A stretch of DNA of 22,012 bases from an uncultured Pseudomonadota bacterium (GCA_964454175.1 CAYVSA010000007.1:29232-51243), one strand, 5' to 3'; shown: positions 1 through 9,745, counted from the stretch's first letter. A program made the numbers and translations. Notes: generated by a model from the sequence alone, not told the origin.

Positions 1-335
1 TCCGGCAGCAGCACGGAAGGAGAAGCTCCGTTTGGCCTTCCCTTCATCGTCTGCAGCAGCAAAGCGATGATCTCGTCCGAGCCATTGCCCGCCATGACGT
101 TTTCCCGTTCGCACCCGAAAGCAGCCGCAAACGCATCTGTAAGGCGGCCGGACTCAGGGTCTGGATACCTGTTTACGCTCACCATGGAGACTTCACGGCG
201 TATTTCTTCGAGGACGGGATCGGGCAGATCCCAGCTGCATTCGTTGGCGTCCAGCCTGAGAGCACAGCCGCCGCCGCCGGGAGGCTTGTAGGCCTCCATG
301 TCTATGATATTCTGTGGGATCCTTCCATAAGTCAT
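1..335 (-). CDS. hisC: Histidinol-phosphate aminotransferase, N-terminal part (runs off the window edge)
   Basis: My translation from ATG 335 (an in-frame GTG at 356 is possible): MTYGRIPQNIIDMEAYKPPGGGGCALRLDANECSWDLP...NRYPDP...VMAGNGSDEIIALLLQ...VLLP. It has the HisC motifs LDANE, NRYPD and GNGSDE and directly follows hisD. It is absent from the ORF track because it is truncated. Confidence 0.93.
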   Translation of the reverse strand, partial: MTYGRIPQNIIDMEAYKPPGGGGCALRLDANECSWDLPDPVLEEIRREVSMVSVNRYPDPESGRLTDAFAAAFGCERENVMAGNGSDEIIALLLQTMKGRPNGASPSVLLP

Positions 336-394
336 AACCAATTCAATCCTGATCACCCGGTCTCAGGCTCTGGACCGTATGCGATAAGCGTCCG

Positions 395-1687
395 TCATTT
401 CTTACCAAACCGCATCTCTACGGCCCTTGCATGAGCCTCGAGCCCCTCCATCCTGGCAAAACGCGCAACCCTGTCTGCCTTGGCGGCCAGGGCCTGAGCA
501 TCGTACTTGATGAGGCTGCTGCGCTTCAGAAAATCGTACACTCCCAGTGGTGAGGAGAAACGTGCAGTCCCGCCGGTTGGGAGCACATGGTTCGGCCCGG
601 CCATATAGTCTCCCAGCGCTTCAGGCGTAAAGTGCCCGAGAAAAATTGCTCCTGCGTTATCTACCATAGCCAGGACTTCATCCGTGTCACTGACCATCAG
701 TTCCAGGTGCTCCGGTGCAATGATATTTGCAACGCGCGCGCCCTCAAAAATATCCGGTACCAGAATCAGGTGCCCACGGGCACTGATGGATTCTGCTGCG
801 ATCGCCTTCCTGGGAAGGCGTTCGAGCTGTTTTTTAACCTCCCTGTCCACTTCGGCTAGCACCTTCTCATCATCCGTGACCAGGATCGGATAGGCCAGAG
901 GGTCGTGCTCAGCCTGGGAGAGCAGGTCTGCCGCAGCCAAGGCCGGGTTCGCACCAGAGTCAGCGAGCACCAGGATCTCACTGGGCCCTGCAATCATGTC
1001 GATGTCCACTGCACCAAAGACCGCCTTCTTGGCCAGAGCCACATAAATATTGCCCGGACCCACGATCTTGTCCACCCGGGGCACGGTCGTCGTCCCATAG
1101 GCCATGGCGGCCACTGCCTGTGCGCCCCCGATCCTGAAAACCCGGTCAACACCAGAGATCAGGGCAGCGGCAAGCACCGCATCCGCAAGCTTGCCGTCCG
1201 GTGAGGGAACGGCCATTACCACCTCAGGCACCCCGGCAACTTTTGCGGGAAGGGCATTCATAAGCACCGAGGAAGGGTAGGCTGCTGTACCACCCGGGAC
1301 GTAAAGCCCAACCCTGCCAAGGGGGGTTACCTTCTGCCCCAGCTCCACTCCCGGTTCAGGGTTGTATGTCCACGTTTTTTCCATCTGACGGCTGTGAAAG
1401 CTGCGGATAGCTTCTGCGGCATCCTCGATGAGGCCCCTGTCCCCTGCTTTGAGGCGGTCCAGCGCCCTTTCCATGGATGCCCGTGACAGTTCGGCCCCGA
1501 CCGAGTCAATATCCACCCTGTCGAAGCGGAGGGTATATTCGGCCAGGGCAGAGTCTCCCCTGTTTCGAACATCCTCAACAATAGCAGTAACGGTTCGGGC
1601 GATCTCCACGGGCACTTTTTCGCCCCTCGCTCCCAGGGCAGTGATCGAGGATTCATAATTGTCATCACCAAAGGTGATCCGTTTCAT
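395..1687 (-). CDS. hisD: Histidinol dehydrogenase
   Basis: 430 aa with GLYVPGGTAAYPSSVLM, KIVGPGNIYVA, IDMIAGPSE, QAEHD, APEHLEL and GDYMAGPNHVLPT motifs. Its ATG overlaps the hisG stop (ATGA). Confidence 0.98.
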   Translation of the reverse strand: MKRITFGDDNYESSITALGARGEKVPVEIARTVTAIVEDVRNRGDSALAEYTLRFDRVDIDSVGAELSRASMERALDRLKAGDRGLIEDAAEAIRSFHSRQMEKTWTYNPEPGVELGQKVTPLGRVGLYVPGGTAAYPSSVLMNALPAKVAGVPEVVMAVPSPDGKLADAVLAAALISGVDRVFRIGGAQAVAAMAYGTTTVPRVDKIVGPGNIYVALAKKAVFGAVDIDMIAGPSEILVLADSGANPALAAADLLSQAEHDPLAYPILVTDDEKVLAEVDREVKKQLERLPRKAIAAESISARGHLILVPDIFEGARVANIIAPEHLELMVSDTDEVLAMVDNAGAIFLGHFTPEALGDYMAGPNHVLPTGGTARFSSPLGVYDFLKRSSLIKYDAQALAAKADRVARFARMEGLEAHARAVEMRFGKK

Positions 1688-2334
1688 GGCTTGGCTCCCA
1701 CCACCGCCCCCATTGCCTCGATAAGGGGGACTATCCTTTCTGGTCTTGTTCTGAGACTCGCCCTGTTGACTACGAGCTTGGCTGTTACATCCATTACCTG
1801 CTCGATTTCAGTGAGGTTATTCTGCCTGAGGGTCTCACCTGAGGAAACAAGATCAACTATTCTTTCTGCAAGCCCTACCAGCGGCGCAAGCTCAATAGAG
1901 CCATACAGGGGTATGATCTCTACCTGTTCGCCTTTTGACGCAAAGTGAGCTGTTGTTATGCGCGGAAAGTTGGTCGCGATCCTTGTGTGTCCCCAGCCTG
2001 TCGGGTTTTCTCCCTTTTTCCGGTCCGGCCCAGCCACGACTATTCTGCAGTGGCCAAATTTCAAGTCGAGGGGCTCAAGAAGGTCCTTGCCGGCTTCAAC
2101 AAGCACATCCTTGCCGGCTATTCCCATGTCGGCCGCCCCGTGATCGACATAGGCCGGGACGTCCTTGTCGCGCACCACCATGAATCTGACAGACCCATCC
2201 TTGCTTGGGAATACCAGCTTTCGAGAGATCTCTGAATCCGGCGGGAAGGCAACGCCTATGGCCTCGAACAGATCAACGCAATCGGTGAAAAGTCTCCCCT
2301 TGGGGATCGCTATGGTAGTCGCGTCCTTATCCAT
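1684..2334 (-). CDS. hisG: ATP phosphoribosyltransferase, short (HisZ-dependent) form
   Basis: [49 protein letters not shown]. It is about 216 aa with no C-terminal regulatory domain. ATG 2334, overlapping the murA stop, is preferred over the track start at 2358. Confidence 0.95.
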   Translation of the reverse strand: MDKDATTIAIPKGRLFTDCVDLFEAIGVAFPPDSEISRKLVFPSKDGSVRFMVVRDKDVPAYVDHGAADMGIAGKDVLVEAGKDLLEPLDLKFGHCRIVVAGPDRKKGENPTGWGHTRIATNFPRITTAHFASKGEQVEIIPLYGSIELAPLVGLAERIVDLVSSGETLRQNNLTEIEQVMDVTAKLVVNRASLRTRPERIVPLIEAMGAVVGAKP

Positions 2335-3583
2335 CTGTTCTCCGTATCCGGGCCCCAAGGGACGCGAACTTCTCCTCCATGGATTCGTAGCCCCTGTCGA
2401 GATGATAGACGCGGGAGATCTCCGTTATGCCCCTTCGGGAGGCGAGGCCCGCGAGCACCAGCGAAGCACTGGCCCGCAGGTCAGTTGCCATCACCTGTGC
2501 TCCTGCAAGCTGCCGCACTCCTTTTATAACGGCCCTTCTCTCTGATACCGTAATGTCCGCGCCCATCCGGCACAGCTCCGGTACATGCATGAAGCGCTGC
2601 TCGAAGATCGACTCGGTGATAGTTGACAGGCCCCCGGACAGGCACATGAGGACCATGAACTGTGCCTGCATATCGGTGGGAAAGCCCGGATAGGGATTGG
2701 TTCTGACATCAACCGCAGCGATGGAATCCGTTCCAATCGCCCTGATCCAGTCATCGCCTTCCTCGATCCTGACACCGGTCTTTTCCAGCCTCTCCAACAG
2801 CGCTCTGAGGTGATGAGGGACGCAGCTGGTTACCCTCACGTCTCCGCCGGTAACACCCGCAGCCACAAGGTAGGTTCCGGTCTCAATCCTGTCCGGCATT
2901 ACAGTGTAGCTGATCGGATTCAGCTCGGCTACGCCCTGCACAGATATGACTGCAGTGCCGGCGCCTGTGATCTTTGCTCCCATTTTATTCAGTGCTTCTG
3001 CAAGGTCGGTGATCTCGGGCTCTCTGGCTGCGTTGACCAGTGTCGTAGTCCCGTCTGCAAGAGAAGCGGCCATCATCAGGTTCTCTGTACCAGTAACTGT
3101 CGGCGCCTCGAAAACCACCTCTGCCCCAACCAGCCTGTCTGCTTCCACAATAACGTAGCCGTGCTCAAGCTTGACAACTGCTCCAAGGGCCTCGAGGCCT
3201 GCGAGGTGCCGGTTGATGGGACGTGCGCCGATAGCACAACCTCCCGGCTGAGATACCCTGGCCCTTCCAAACCTGGCCAGCAGTGGCCCGAGGACAAGAA
3301 TGGAGGCCCGCATGGTCTTTACAAGATCGTAGGGGGCTTCATCCCCTGCGGCACGGGATGAGTCCAGTGTGAGCCTCTCTCCGTAGTCGTAGACTACGCC
3401 CAGGTGTTCCAGGAGAGCTGCCATGGTCCGCACATCCACCAGGTCGGGCACATTTTCAAGGACGAATTCGCCGGGGGCCAAAAGAGACGCCGCCATGAGG
3501 GGCAGTGCTGCGTTTTTAGCCCCGCTTGCCCGAACCTCTCCCCTTATCGGGACGCCGCCTTCTATTATTATCCTGTCAGACAT
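2327..3583 (-). CDS. murA: UDP-N-acetylglucosamine 1-carboxyvinyltransferase
   Basis: [33 protein letters not shown] (catalytic Cys kept), [23 protein letters not shown]. Confidence 0.98.
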   Translation of the reverse strand: MSDRIIIEGGVPIRGEVRASGAKNAALPLMAASLLAPGEFVLENVPDLVDVRTMAALLEHLGVVYDYGERLTLDSSRAAGDEAPYDLVKTMRASILVLGPLLARFGRARVSQPGGCAIGARPINRHLAGLEALGAVVKLEHGYVIVEADRLVGAEVVFEAPTVTGTENLMMAASLADGTTTLVNAAREPEITDLAEALNKMGAKITGAGTAVISVQGVAELNPISYTVMPDRIETGTYLVAAGVTGGDVRVTSCVPHHLRALLERLEKTGVRIEEGDDWIRAIGTDSIAAVDVRTNPYPGFPTDMQAQFMVLMCLSGGLSTITESIFEQRFMHVPELCRMGADITVSERRAVIKGVRQLAGAQVMATDLRASASLVLAGLASRRGITEISRVYHLDRGYESMEEKFASLGARIRRTDG

Positions 3584-4451
3584 CGGACAAAATGCCCTTT
3601 ACCACCCTCGGGATCCCTGCCAGGTCAGGAATGACAGAGACAGATTCAAATCCACACAGGTTAAAAAGCTCCGCGACTTCGGCATCCTGACCAGCGCCGA
3701 CTTCGACCATCAGCGCGCCCCCCGGCCGAAGGATGAGAACGCTCTGCTTTACCACACAGTGATGAAGCTCCGTCCCCAGTGGTCCTCCAACAAGCGCACA
3801 GGCAGGCTCAGACCGCCTGACCTCGGGAGGCAGTAATCCGTACTCTCCGGAGGGCACGTACGGAGGATTTGAAACAACCAGGTCAAACACGCCGCTGCGA
3901 AGACTGCTGGCCATGTCAGACAAAAGACAGCTTACCCTGTTCTGCACACCGAACCTGCAGGCGTTTCTGCCGGCCACCGCTAAAGCTGAGGGGCTGATAT
4001 CAACTGCGGCGAACCTGACCGCCGGGTTCTGTACCGCAAGTGCGATGGCTACAGCCCCTGATCCCGTGCCCAGGTCCGCAGCCAGGAGATTCCCGCTACT
4101 GCTTTTTAGAAACACATCCGCTTCACTCACGAGATGCTCAGTTTCAGGCCTTGGCGTGAGGACATGGCTGTTGACTTCAAAGACCAGAGAGTAGAACTCT
4201 TTCTGGCCAAGGATAACGCTCACAGGCTCTCTGCAGCAGCGCCGATCGATGAGACCCTTGAAACGGTCAGCCTCGAGAACATCGAGGCCGGGCGCTTTCG
4301 GGGCCAGTACATCTACCGTATCCAGACCCATGATGTAGCCCAGGAGGACGGCTGCATCAAGCGCAGGCTCCCGAATGCCCGCCTCTTTCATGGCCCTGAC
4401 ACCCCAGCGGAATGCTTCCCTGGCCGGTAGGATCGCTTCCTGCCCCCCCAT
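3576..4451 (-). CDS. prmC: Release factor glutamine N5-methyltransferase
   Basis: [11 protein letters not shown]-binding DLGTGSG and NPPY motifs. Lies immediately downstream of prfA. Confidence 0.96.
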   Translation of the reverse strand: MGGQEAILPAREAFRWGVRAMKEAGIREPALDAAVLLGYIMGLDTVDVLAPKAPGLDVLEADRFKGLIDRRCCREPVSVILGQKEFYSLVFEVNSHVLTPRPETEHLVSEADVFLKSSSGNLLAADLGTGSGAVAIALAVQNPAVRFAAVDISPSALAVAGRNACRFGVQNRVSCLLSDMASSLRSGVFDLVVSNPPYVPSGEYGLLPPEVRRSEPACALVGGPLGTELHHCVVKQSVLILRPGGALMVEVGAGQDAEVAELFNLCGFESVSVIPDLAGIPRVVKGILSDV

Positions 4452-4454
4452 CTA

Positions 4455-5537
4455 TCAGGCAACCTCCATGGATCTTAACTGTTCCGCCTGGTCGGAGGCC
4501 ATGAGTGCCTGTGTCAGTTCGTCCAGGTCGCCGTCCATAATAGCGTCAAGCCTGTACAGGGTCAGGTTGATCCTGTGATCGGACACGCGATTTTGCGGAA
4601 AGTTATAGGTCCTTATCCTCTCGCTGCGGTCGCCCGTACCCACCATGCTCCTGCGCATACCGTCGACTTTATCGTGCCTTTCCCGCTCTTCCTTCGCAAG
4701 GAGGCGGGCCAGAAGTATCTTCATGGCCTTGGACTTGTTCTTATGCTGAGATTTCTCATCCTGGCACGAGACAACGATCCCGCTTGGAAGGTGTGTGATC
4801 CTCACTGCCGAATCAGTCGTATTTACGTGCTGGCCGCCGCACCCCGAGGCTCTGAAGACGTCAACACGGATATCGTCGGGGTTGATCTCTACTTCAACTT
4901 CCTCGGCCTCGGGCATCACAACAACACTTACAGCTGACGTGTGTATCCTCCCGGACGATTCCGTTTCGGGTACCCTCTGCACCCTGTGGATACCGCCTTC
5001 GTATTTGAGAAGGCTGTAGGCCTTCTCGCCCCGAAGCAGCATAACCATTTCCCTGAATCCTCCGAGCTCGGTCGGGCTGGAGTTCAGGATCTCCGCCTTC
5101 CAGTGCCTGAGCTCTGCAAAACGTGTGTACATCCTCATCAGATCCGCAACGAAAAGCGAAGCTTCATCACCGCCCGTCCCTGCACGTATCTCAACTATGA
5201 CGTTTTTTTCGTCTTTTGGGTCAACGGGCAGGAGCAGTAATTTGAGACGCCCTTCCAGCTTTTCCATGCTTACTTCAAGTCCATCTTTTTCCTCACGGGC
5301 AAGGCTTACCATCTCCGGGTCACTCTCGTCCCTTATCATCTCCTCAACCTGCTCAAGCTGCTCTCTACAGGCAATGTATTCCCTGTATGCTTTCACCACC
5401 GGTGTGAGGCTGGAGTGCTCCTTGGAATATTTCCTGATCTTGTTTCTGTCAGCCAGGACATCGGCATCCCCGAGCATCTTTCCGATGTTCTCGTATTTTT
5501 CTTCAACCTGGGCGAGCCTTTCTATCCACCAGCTCAT
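4455..5537 (-). CDS. prfA: Peptide chain release factor 1
   Basis: EIRAGTGGDEA, HRVQRVPETE (RF1 PxT motif), GGQHVNTTDSAVR, RTYNFPQNRVSDHRI. Confidence 0.98.
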   Translation of the reverse strand: MSWWIERLAQVEEKYENIGKMLGDADVLADRNKIRKYSKEHSSLTPVVKAYREYIACREQLEQVEEMIRDESDPEMVSLAREEKDGLEVSMEKLEGRLKLLLLPVDPKDEKNVIVEIRAGTGGDEASLFVADLMRMYTRFAELRHWKAEILNSSPTELGGFREMVMLLRGEKAYSLLKYEGGIHRVQRVPETESSGRIHTSAVSVVVMPEAEEVEVEINPDDIRVDVFRASGCGGQHVNTTDSAVRITHLPSGIVVSCQDEKSQHKNKSKAMKILLARLLAKEERERHDKVDGMRRSMVGTGDRSERIRTYNFPQNRVSDHRINLTLYRLDAIMDGDLDELTQALMASDQAEQLRSMEVA

Positions 5538-6418
5538 TAAACCTCACCTCCATCGTGCGCCAGCGCCACTTTCAGGGCAGCCAGCGCTACTTCTATCTGT
5601 TCATCAGAAGGTTCTCTGGTTGTCAGGCGCTGCAAGTAAAGCCCCGGGAGCAGGAAGATCCTCAGCGGTCCGCTTTCCCTGTATTTATCTCCCAGTTTCA
5701 TAAGTTCATAGGAAAAGCCGGCAATTGCGGGAATAAGGACAACCCGCGAGAGGGCCTTGCCCCAGAGGGGCCACGCCTGTGGTATCTGGGCAAACACAAG
5801 GATAGCCAGCACCATCACTATCAGCAGAAAACTCGTCCCGCACCTCGGGTGGAGCGGTGAATGTCTCCTTGCGTTGCTTACAGTAAGCTCGTCGCCAGCT
5901 TCCAGCGTAAAAATACTCTTGTGCTCAGCTCCATGGTACTGAAAAATACGCCTGATGTCCTTCGCAAACGTTATTGCAAAAAGATACAGTAAAAAAACCG
6001 TCAGACGGAGAACACCATCCATGAGGTTAAAGCCCCACTGCCCCGAAACCCACACGAGATGACCCTGCAGCCATCGCGTTGCCCATAGCGGCACCAGGAG
6101 AAACAGGAATACCGCGAGACCGAGGGCAAGGGCAATAGTACCAGCCATAGTCCACGGGCCCATCTCGTCCTCTTCCTCATCAAGGGCCTGCTGCGCGCTG
6201 TAGTTGAGCGCCTTAACGCCCAGGACCATGGTCCCGAACAGGGAAACCGCCCCACGCAGAAAGGGCAGTTTGAAAAAAGGGTACCTGTCCGACAGGAGTT
6301 TTAGCCTGTCCACCTTTACGACGATCTCCCCCGAGGGCCTCCGTACTGCCACGGTCATGACCCTGGGGGCCCTCATCATAACTCCCTCGATAACAGCCTG
6401 CCCGCCTATTTTATGCAT
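5537..6418 (-). CDS. DUF1385-family membrane protein (YqhQ-like)
   Basis: IGGQAVIEGVMMR, YHGAEHK, HPRCGTSF and LQRLTTREP motifs, in the usual position upstream of prfA. ATG 6418 is preferred (track start 6436). Confidence 0.92.
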   Translation of the reverse strand: MHKIGGQAVIEGVMMRAPRVMTVAVRRPSGEIVVKVDRLKLLSDRYPFFKLPFLRGAVSLFGTMVLGVKALNYSAQQALDEEEDEMGPWTMAGTIALALGLAVFLFLLVPLWATRWLQGHLVWVSGQWGFNLMDGVLRLTVFLLYLFAITFAKDIRRIFQYHGAEHKSIFTLEAGDELTVSNARRHSPLHPRCGTSFLLIVMVLAILVFAQIPQAWPLWGKALSRVVLIPAIAGFSYELMKLGDKYRESGPLRIFLLPGLYLQRLTTREPSDEQIEVALAALKVALAHDGGEV

Positions 6419-6442
6419 GTGCGCCTTTAATATCATCTTCTT

Positions 6443-6649
6443 CCCGGGAAACCCATGTCACGCTGCCCTCAGCAGGGCGTCAGGAGGGCCCATGGAGACC
6501 ATCTGCGCCAGAGGGTCGCTCCAACACCATCCTTTTGTGGAGAAGTAAAGGTAGCTGATGCCTGTGGATGAATAGCAGGGTTTTACTGCCCGGGCCAGGG
6601 CCTTTGCCGGATCAGGAGTGCTGGATGGTAGGACGATCTGGGCTGCCAC
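6443..6649 (-). pseudogene. thyX: Probable decayed N-terminal fragment of flavin-dependent thymidylate synthase ThyX
   Basis: GTG start with GAGG just upstream. The peptide IVLPSSTPDPAKALARAVKPCYSSTGISYL...LAQMVSMG resembles the ThyX N-terminus as I recall it (LL.HTPDPE..A.AARLCYS..I..L...L..I..GH). It stops at 6458, and a shifted frame gives EGSVTWVSR (compare EH.SFTF..EGVSR). It sits between rpmE and DUF1385. Confidence 0.6.
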
Positions 6650-6655
6650 GGTACC

Positions 6656-6856
6656 TCACTTCTGCCCGTAGCGCCTCTTGAACTTTTCAACCTTGCCGGC
6701 CGAATCCATGAGCTTCTGTTTACCCGTAAAGAAGGGATGGCAACCGGAGCAGATATCTATTTTTCTGCTTTCCGTGGTGGACCTTGCATGATAAACAGCG
6801 CCGCAGGCGCAGGTAAAAGTAGCCTCTTTGTATTCCGGATGTATATCCTTTTTCAT
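6656..6856 (-). CDS. rpmE: 50S ribosomal protein L31 (Zn-binding type)
   Basis: MKKDIHPEY...TCACG...[14 protein letters not shown]...[10 protein letters not shown], 66 aa from ATG 6856 with a GGAGG RBS upstream. The track's extension to 6916 is not supported. Confidence 0.97.
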   Translation of the reverse strand: MKKDIHPEYKEATFTCACGAVYHARSTTESRKIDICSGCHPFFTGKQKLMDSAGKVEKFKRRYGQK

Positions 6857-6979
6857 CTCTTGGTGCCTCCACTCGAATCTTATCCCAAAGGTGAAACGAA
6901 AGGCTGTTTGTAGCATAATTGCGGTGTATTGACAATGCTTAGAACATTAGTACTTAGAGCACCGGAGCATTGTTGATAA

Positions 6980-7057
6980 GAGCATTAGAAATCGGTTAAT
7001 AGACATCCATCAATTTATAAATTATTTTAAATTTCTAATATCCAATTTCTAATGCTC
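6980..7057. repeat. Imperfect 27-bp inverted repeat built from ~7-nt units around an AT-rich spacer
   Basis: 6980-7006 GAGCATTAGAAATCGGTTAATAGACAT against the reverse complement of 7031-7057, GAGCATTAGAAATTGGATATTAGAAAT (23/27 identical). The spacer contains the palindrome AATTTATAAATT (7012-7023). Confidence 0.85.
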
Positions 7058-7083
7058 CATAACCCGATCGTGTTATGACCGGG

Positions 7084-8334
7084 TTATTTGTCCATCATCT
7101 CAAAGAATTCTTTATTAACAGTAGTTCCCTGGATCTTGTCCATAAGAAATTCCATACTGTCGACCGTATTCATGGGGGCAAGCACCTTGTGGAGCACCCA
7201 TATTCTATTAAGCTCTTCCTTGGGAACAATGAGCTCTTCCTTACGGGTACCGGACTTGCTGATATCGATAGCCGGGAAGATCCGCTTCTCCACAAGCCGC
7301 CTGTCCAGGTGAAGCTCCATGTTGCCCGTTCCCTTGAACTCCTCGAAGATAACTTCATCCATCCTGCTTCCCGTGTCCACGAGGGCCGTGGCAATAATTG
7401 TGAGACTCCCGCCCTGCTCGATATTCCTGGCCGCACCGAAGAACCTCTTGGGCCTATGAAGCGCGTTGGAGTCAACACCTCCTGAGAGCACCTTGCCCGA
7501 TGGCGGTGAAACGGTATTGTAGGCCCTGGCTAGCCTGGTAATGCTGTCGAGCAGGATAACAACATCTTTCTTGTGTTCAACCAGCCGTTTTGCCTTTTCT
7601 ATCACCATCTCCGAAACCTGAACGTGTCGTGTTGCCGGTTCGTCAAAAGTGGACGAGATCACTTCACCCTGTACAGACCTCTGCATGTCCGTAACTTCTT
7701 CGGGCCTCTCATCGATGAGCAGCACGATCAGGTAAATTTCAGGGTGGTTGTGGCTGATACTGTTGGCGATACTCTGGAGCAGCATTGTCTTGCCTGTCCT
7801 GGGTGGCGCTACTATAAGGGCCCGCTGGCCCTTGCCGATAGGCGTTATGAGATCCATTATCCTGATGGAATAGTTCTTGGCATCGTCCGTTTCCAGGCCG
7901 ATCCGTTCCTCGGGATAAAGGGGCGTCAGGTTGTCGAAGAGTATCTTGTCCTGCGCAGCCTCCGGGGGCTCAAAGTTAATGCTCTCAACCTTCAGCAGCG
8001 CAAAATACCGCTCCCCTTCCTTCGGGGGGCGTATCTCACCGGTTACCGTGTCGCCGGTCCGCATGGTAAACCTTCTGATCTGGGATGGTGATACATAAAT
8101 ATCGTCAGGTCCGGGGAGGTAGTTAGAGTCGGGGGAGCGCAGAAACCCGAATCCGTCCGGAAGAATCTCAAGTACTCCGCTTCCGTAAATAGATTTATTC
8201 AGGTCAGCCTGTGCCTGAAGCATGGCAAATATCAGGTCCTGCTTGCGAAGGTTGCCTACTCCCTCGATCTTGAACTCTTTTGCCATTTTGGTTAATTCAC
8301 TAATAGATTTTTCTTTTAATTCTGTAAGATCCAT
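7084..8334 (-). CDS. rho: Transcription termination factor Rho
   Basis: [27 protein letters not shown]-loop [41 protein letters not shown]. Confidence 0.99.
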   Translation of the reverse strand: MDLTELKEKSISELTKMAKEFKIEGVGNLRKQDLIFAMLQAQADLNKSIYGSGVLEILPDGFGFLRSPDSNYLPGPDDIYVSPSQIRRFTMRTGDTVTGEIRPPKEGERYFALLKVESINFEPPEAAQDKILFDNLTPLYPEERIGLETDDAKNYSIRIMDLITPIGKGQRALIVAPPRTGKTMLLQSIANSISHNHPEIYLIVLLIDERPEEVTDMQRSVQGEVISSTFDEPATRHVQVSEMVIEKAKRLVEHKKDVVILLDSITRLARAYNTVSPPSGKVLSGGVDSNALHRPKRFFGAARNIEQGGSLTIIATALVDTGSRMDEVIFEEFKGTGNMELHLDRRLVEKRIFPAIDISKSGTRKEELIVPKEELNRIWVLHKVLAPMNTVDSMEFLMDKIQGTTVNKEFFEMMDK

Positions 8335-8571
8335 TGAAATCTCTGCTCCTTTAGCTCCTCACTCCACCGGTGCTCAACACTGAACGAGAATTATCGCAGA
8401 TCAAATCTCCTGCGGGTATTTTCGACGCGCATCGCACACAGGTGTTATGGTTATGGATTGGTTTTTTGACTAACTGATAATAGTTGTATCCCGAGTAGGG
8501 TTCATAAAATTAAGGTTAAATCGGGAAAGCGCCAGGCTCCAAGTGCGCTGATCTCTAGGGACAGTGAGGAA

Positions 8572-8600
8572 AACTTATATCCTGCAATCTATTATGTCAA
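8572..8600 (-). promoter_or_regulatory. Putative sigma70 promoter for rho
   Basis: Minus strand TTGACA (8600-8595), 17-nt spacer, TAAGTT (8577-8572). This implies a leader of about 230 nt. Confidence 0.65.
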
Positions 8601-8658
8601 GTTCTTTCCTGCAGTTTTGTCTGGCCGCAGGACTTGCTGTTGTCGGGATAAAGTCCGG

Positions 8659-9639
8659 CTACGACATCCTGCAGGTGTTGGGACCTTCTCTTCTCGCTTC
8701 CTGCAGGGCGTTTTCCACCTTCCGGATAAGCTCCTTCTCCCCTTCATTTCTGACGTAGGCGGCGATCCCCATACAGATTGAAACGGGCGGATCTCCCACA
8801 GGGCCCATCTGCTCCACAGCCCCCAGTATTTCTTTCCCACATTCCTCCAGCGCCGGGGGTTCATAGCCTACCAGCGCCACGTGCCATTTGGAACCCTCAC
8901 GACACGGGATATCGAGAACACCCACAGAATCCTTGATGATGCTCGAAACCTTCAGGAGGAGCGCGTCTCCTTTAACGTGACCGTGCATTGAATTGTATTC
9001 CTTGAACTTGTTGAGCCTGACCTCCATCAGGGCAACGTCCGAACCCATTTTGTCAGCCCGGGCGATCTCTCGGGCAAGCTCCTCATGCCAGTACTTGTAG
9101 CTGTACAGGTTCGTCAGGTTATCGTAGTTCGACAAGGTTACAACCTGATCTCCCAGGCTGCCGTGATCGATGACAAGGGTGCATAGGCTGGCAAGGTCCG
9201 TGAGAATGGAGATATTCTCTTCCGAAAAGGCATCCGGGTCCTCACTGGCAAGGTAAAAGATCCCAACCCTTTTGCCTCTGATACCCATGGGCAGCGCAAG
9301 CATTGATTTGTAGGGATGCTCAAACAGGTATCCATCAGCCTGGTAAAGCTCGTGGGCGGGGGTCAGGTGAATAGGCTCTGAACTGGCCAGCGAATCAGCG
9401 ATAAGCCCTTTTGTGGGTCTGTGGTGAAAAGCCTTTACAAATTCGTGGCTCCACCCTCTTGATATAGCCACCTTGAACTGCTCCTTGGATGGGTCCAGGA
9501 GGATGATCGTACAGGCGAGGAATTTGAAGGCATCCATTGTGCCGTGCAGGGCGAAACTCAGGATTTCTTCAGCGGTCAGGTTGGTATTTACCTTCTTCAG
9601 TATCTTTCTTGTCAGGTCAAGCTGGCTAACAGAAGTCAA
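8659..9639 (-). CDS. GAF-domain plus degenerate GGDEF-domain protein
   Basis: GAF-like region (SMLALPMGIRGKRVGIFYLASEDPDAFSEE...LTDLA) followed by a GGDEF-type domain (YDNLTNLYS, FKEYNSMHGHVKGDALL, SICMGIA, ENALQEAR..G.N). The signature reads REGSKW. The start is placed at TTG 9639 behind an AGGGAGG RBS rather than the track's 9777. Confidence 0.85.
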   Translation of the reverse strand: MTSVSQLDLTRKILKKVNTNLTAEEILSFALHGTMDAFKFLACTIILLDPSKEQFKVAISRGWSHEFVKAFHHRPTKGLIADSLASSEPIHLTPAHELYQADGYLFEHPYKSMLALPMGIRGKRVGIFYLASEDPDAFSEENISILTDLASLCTLVIDHGSLGDQVVTLSNYDNLTNLYSYKYWHEELAREIARADKMGSDVALMEVRLNKFKEYNSMHGHVKGDALLLKVSSIIKDSVGVLDIPCREGSKWHVALVGYEPPALEECGKEILGAVEQMGPVGDPPVSICMGIAAYVRNEGEKELIRKVENALQEARREGPNTCRMS

Positions 9640-9736
9640 GACGCCCTCCCTTTTCAATGACTTGTTCAACAAATCAAGGATTTCAGGGGCGAAGCCCCCT
9701 CCGAACCGCCGCGGACGACAAGCGACAGACACACTA

Positions 9737-9745
9737 ATTATATCA
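9737..9745 (-). promoter_or_regulatory. Extended -10 promoter element for the GAF-GGDEF gene
   Basis: Perfect TGnTATAAT (TGATATAAT) on the minus strand, about 100 nt upstream of TTG 9639. Confidence 0.6.

Noticed and set aside
6905-6956. Promoter-like hexamers near rpmE (minus TTGTCA-17-TACAAA; plus TTGACA at 6929-6934)
   Set aside because: The -10 matches lack the conserved final T, so they are too weak to call.
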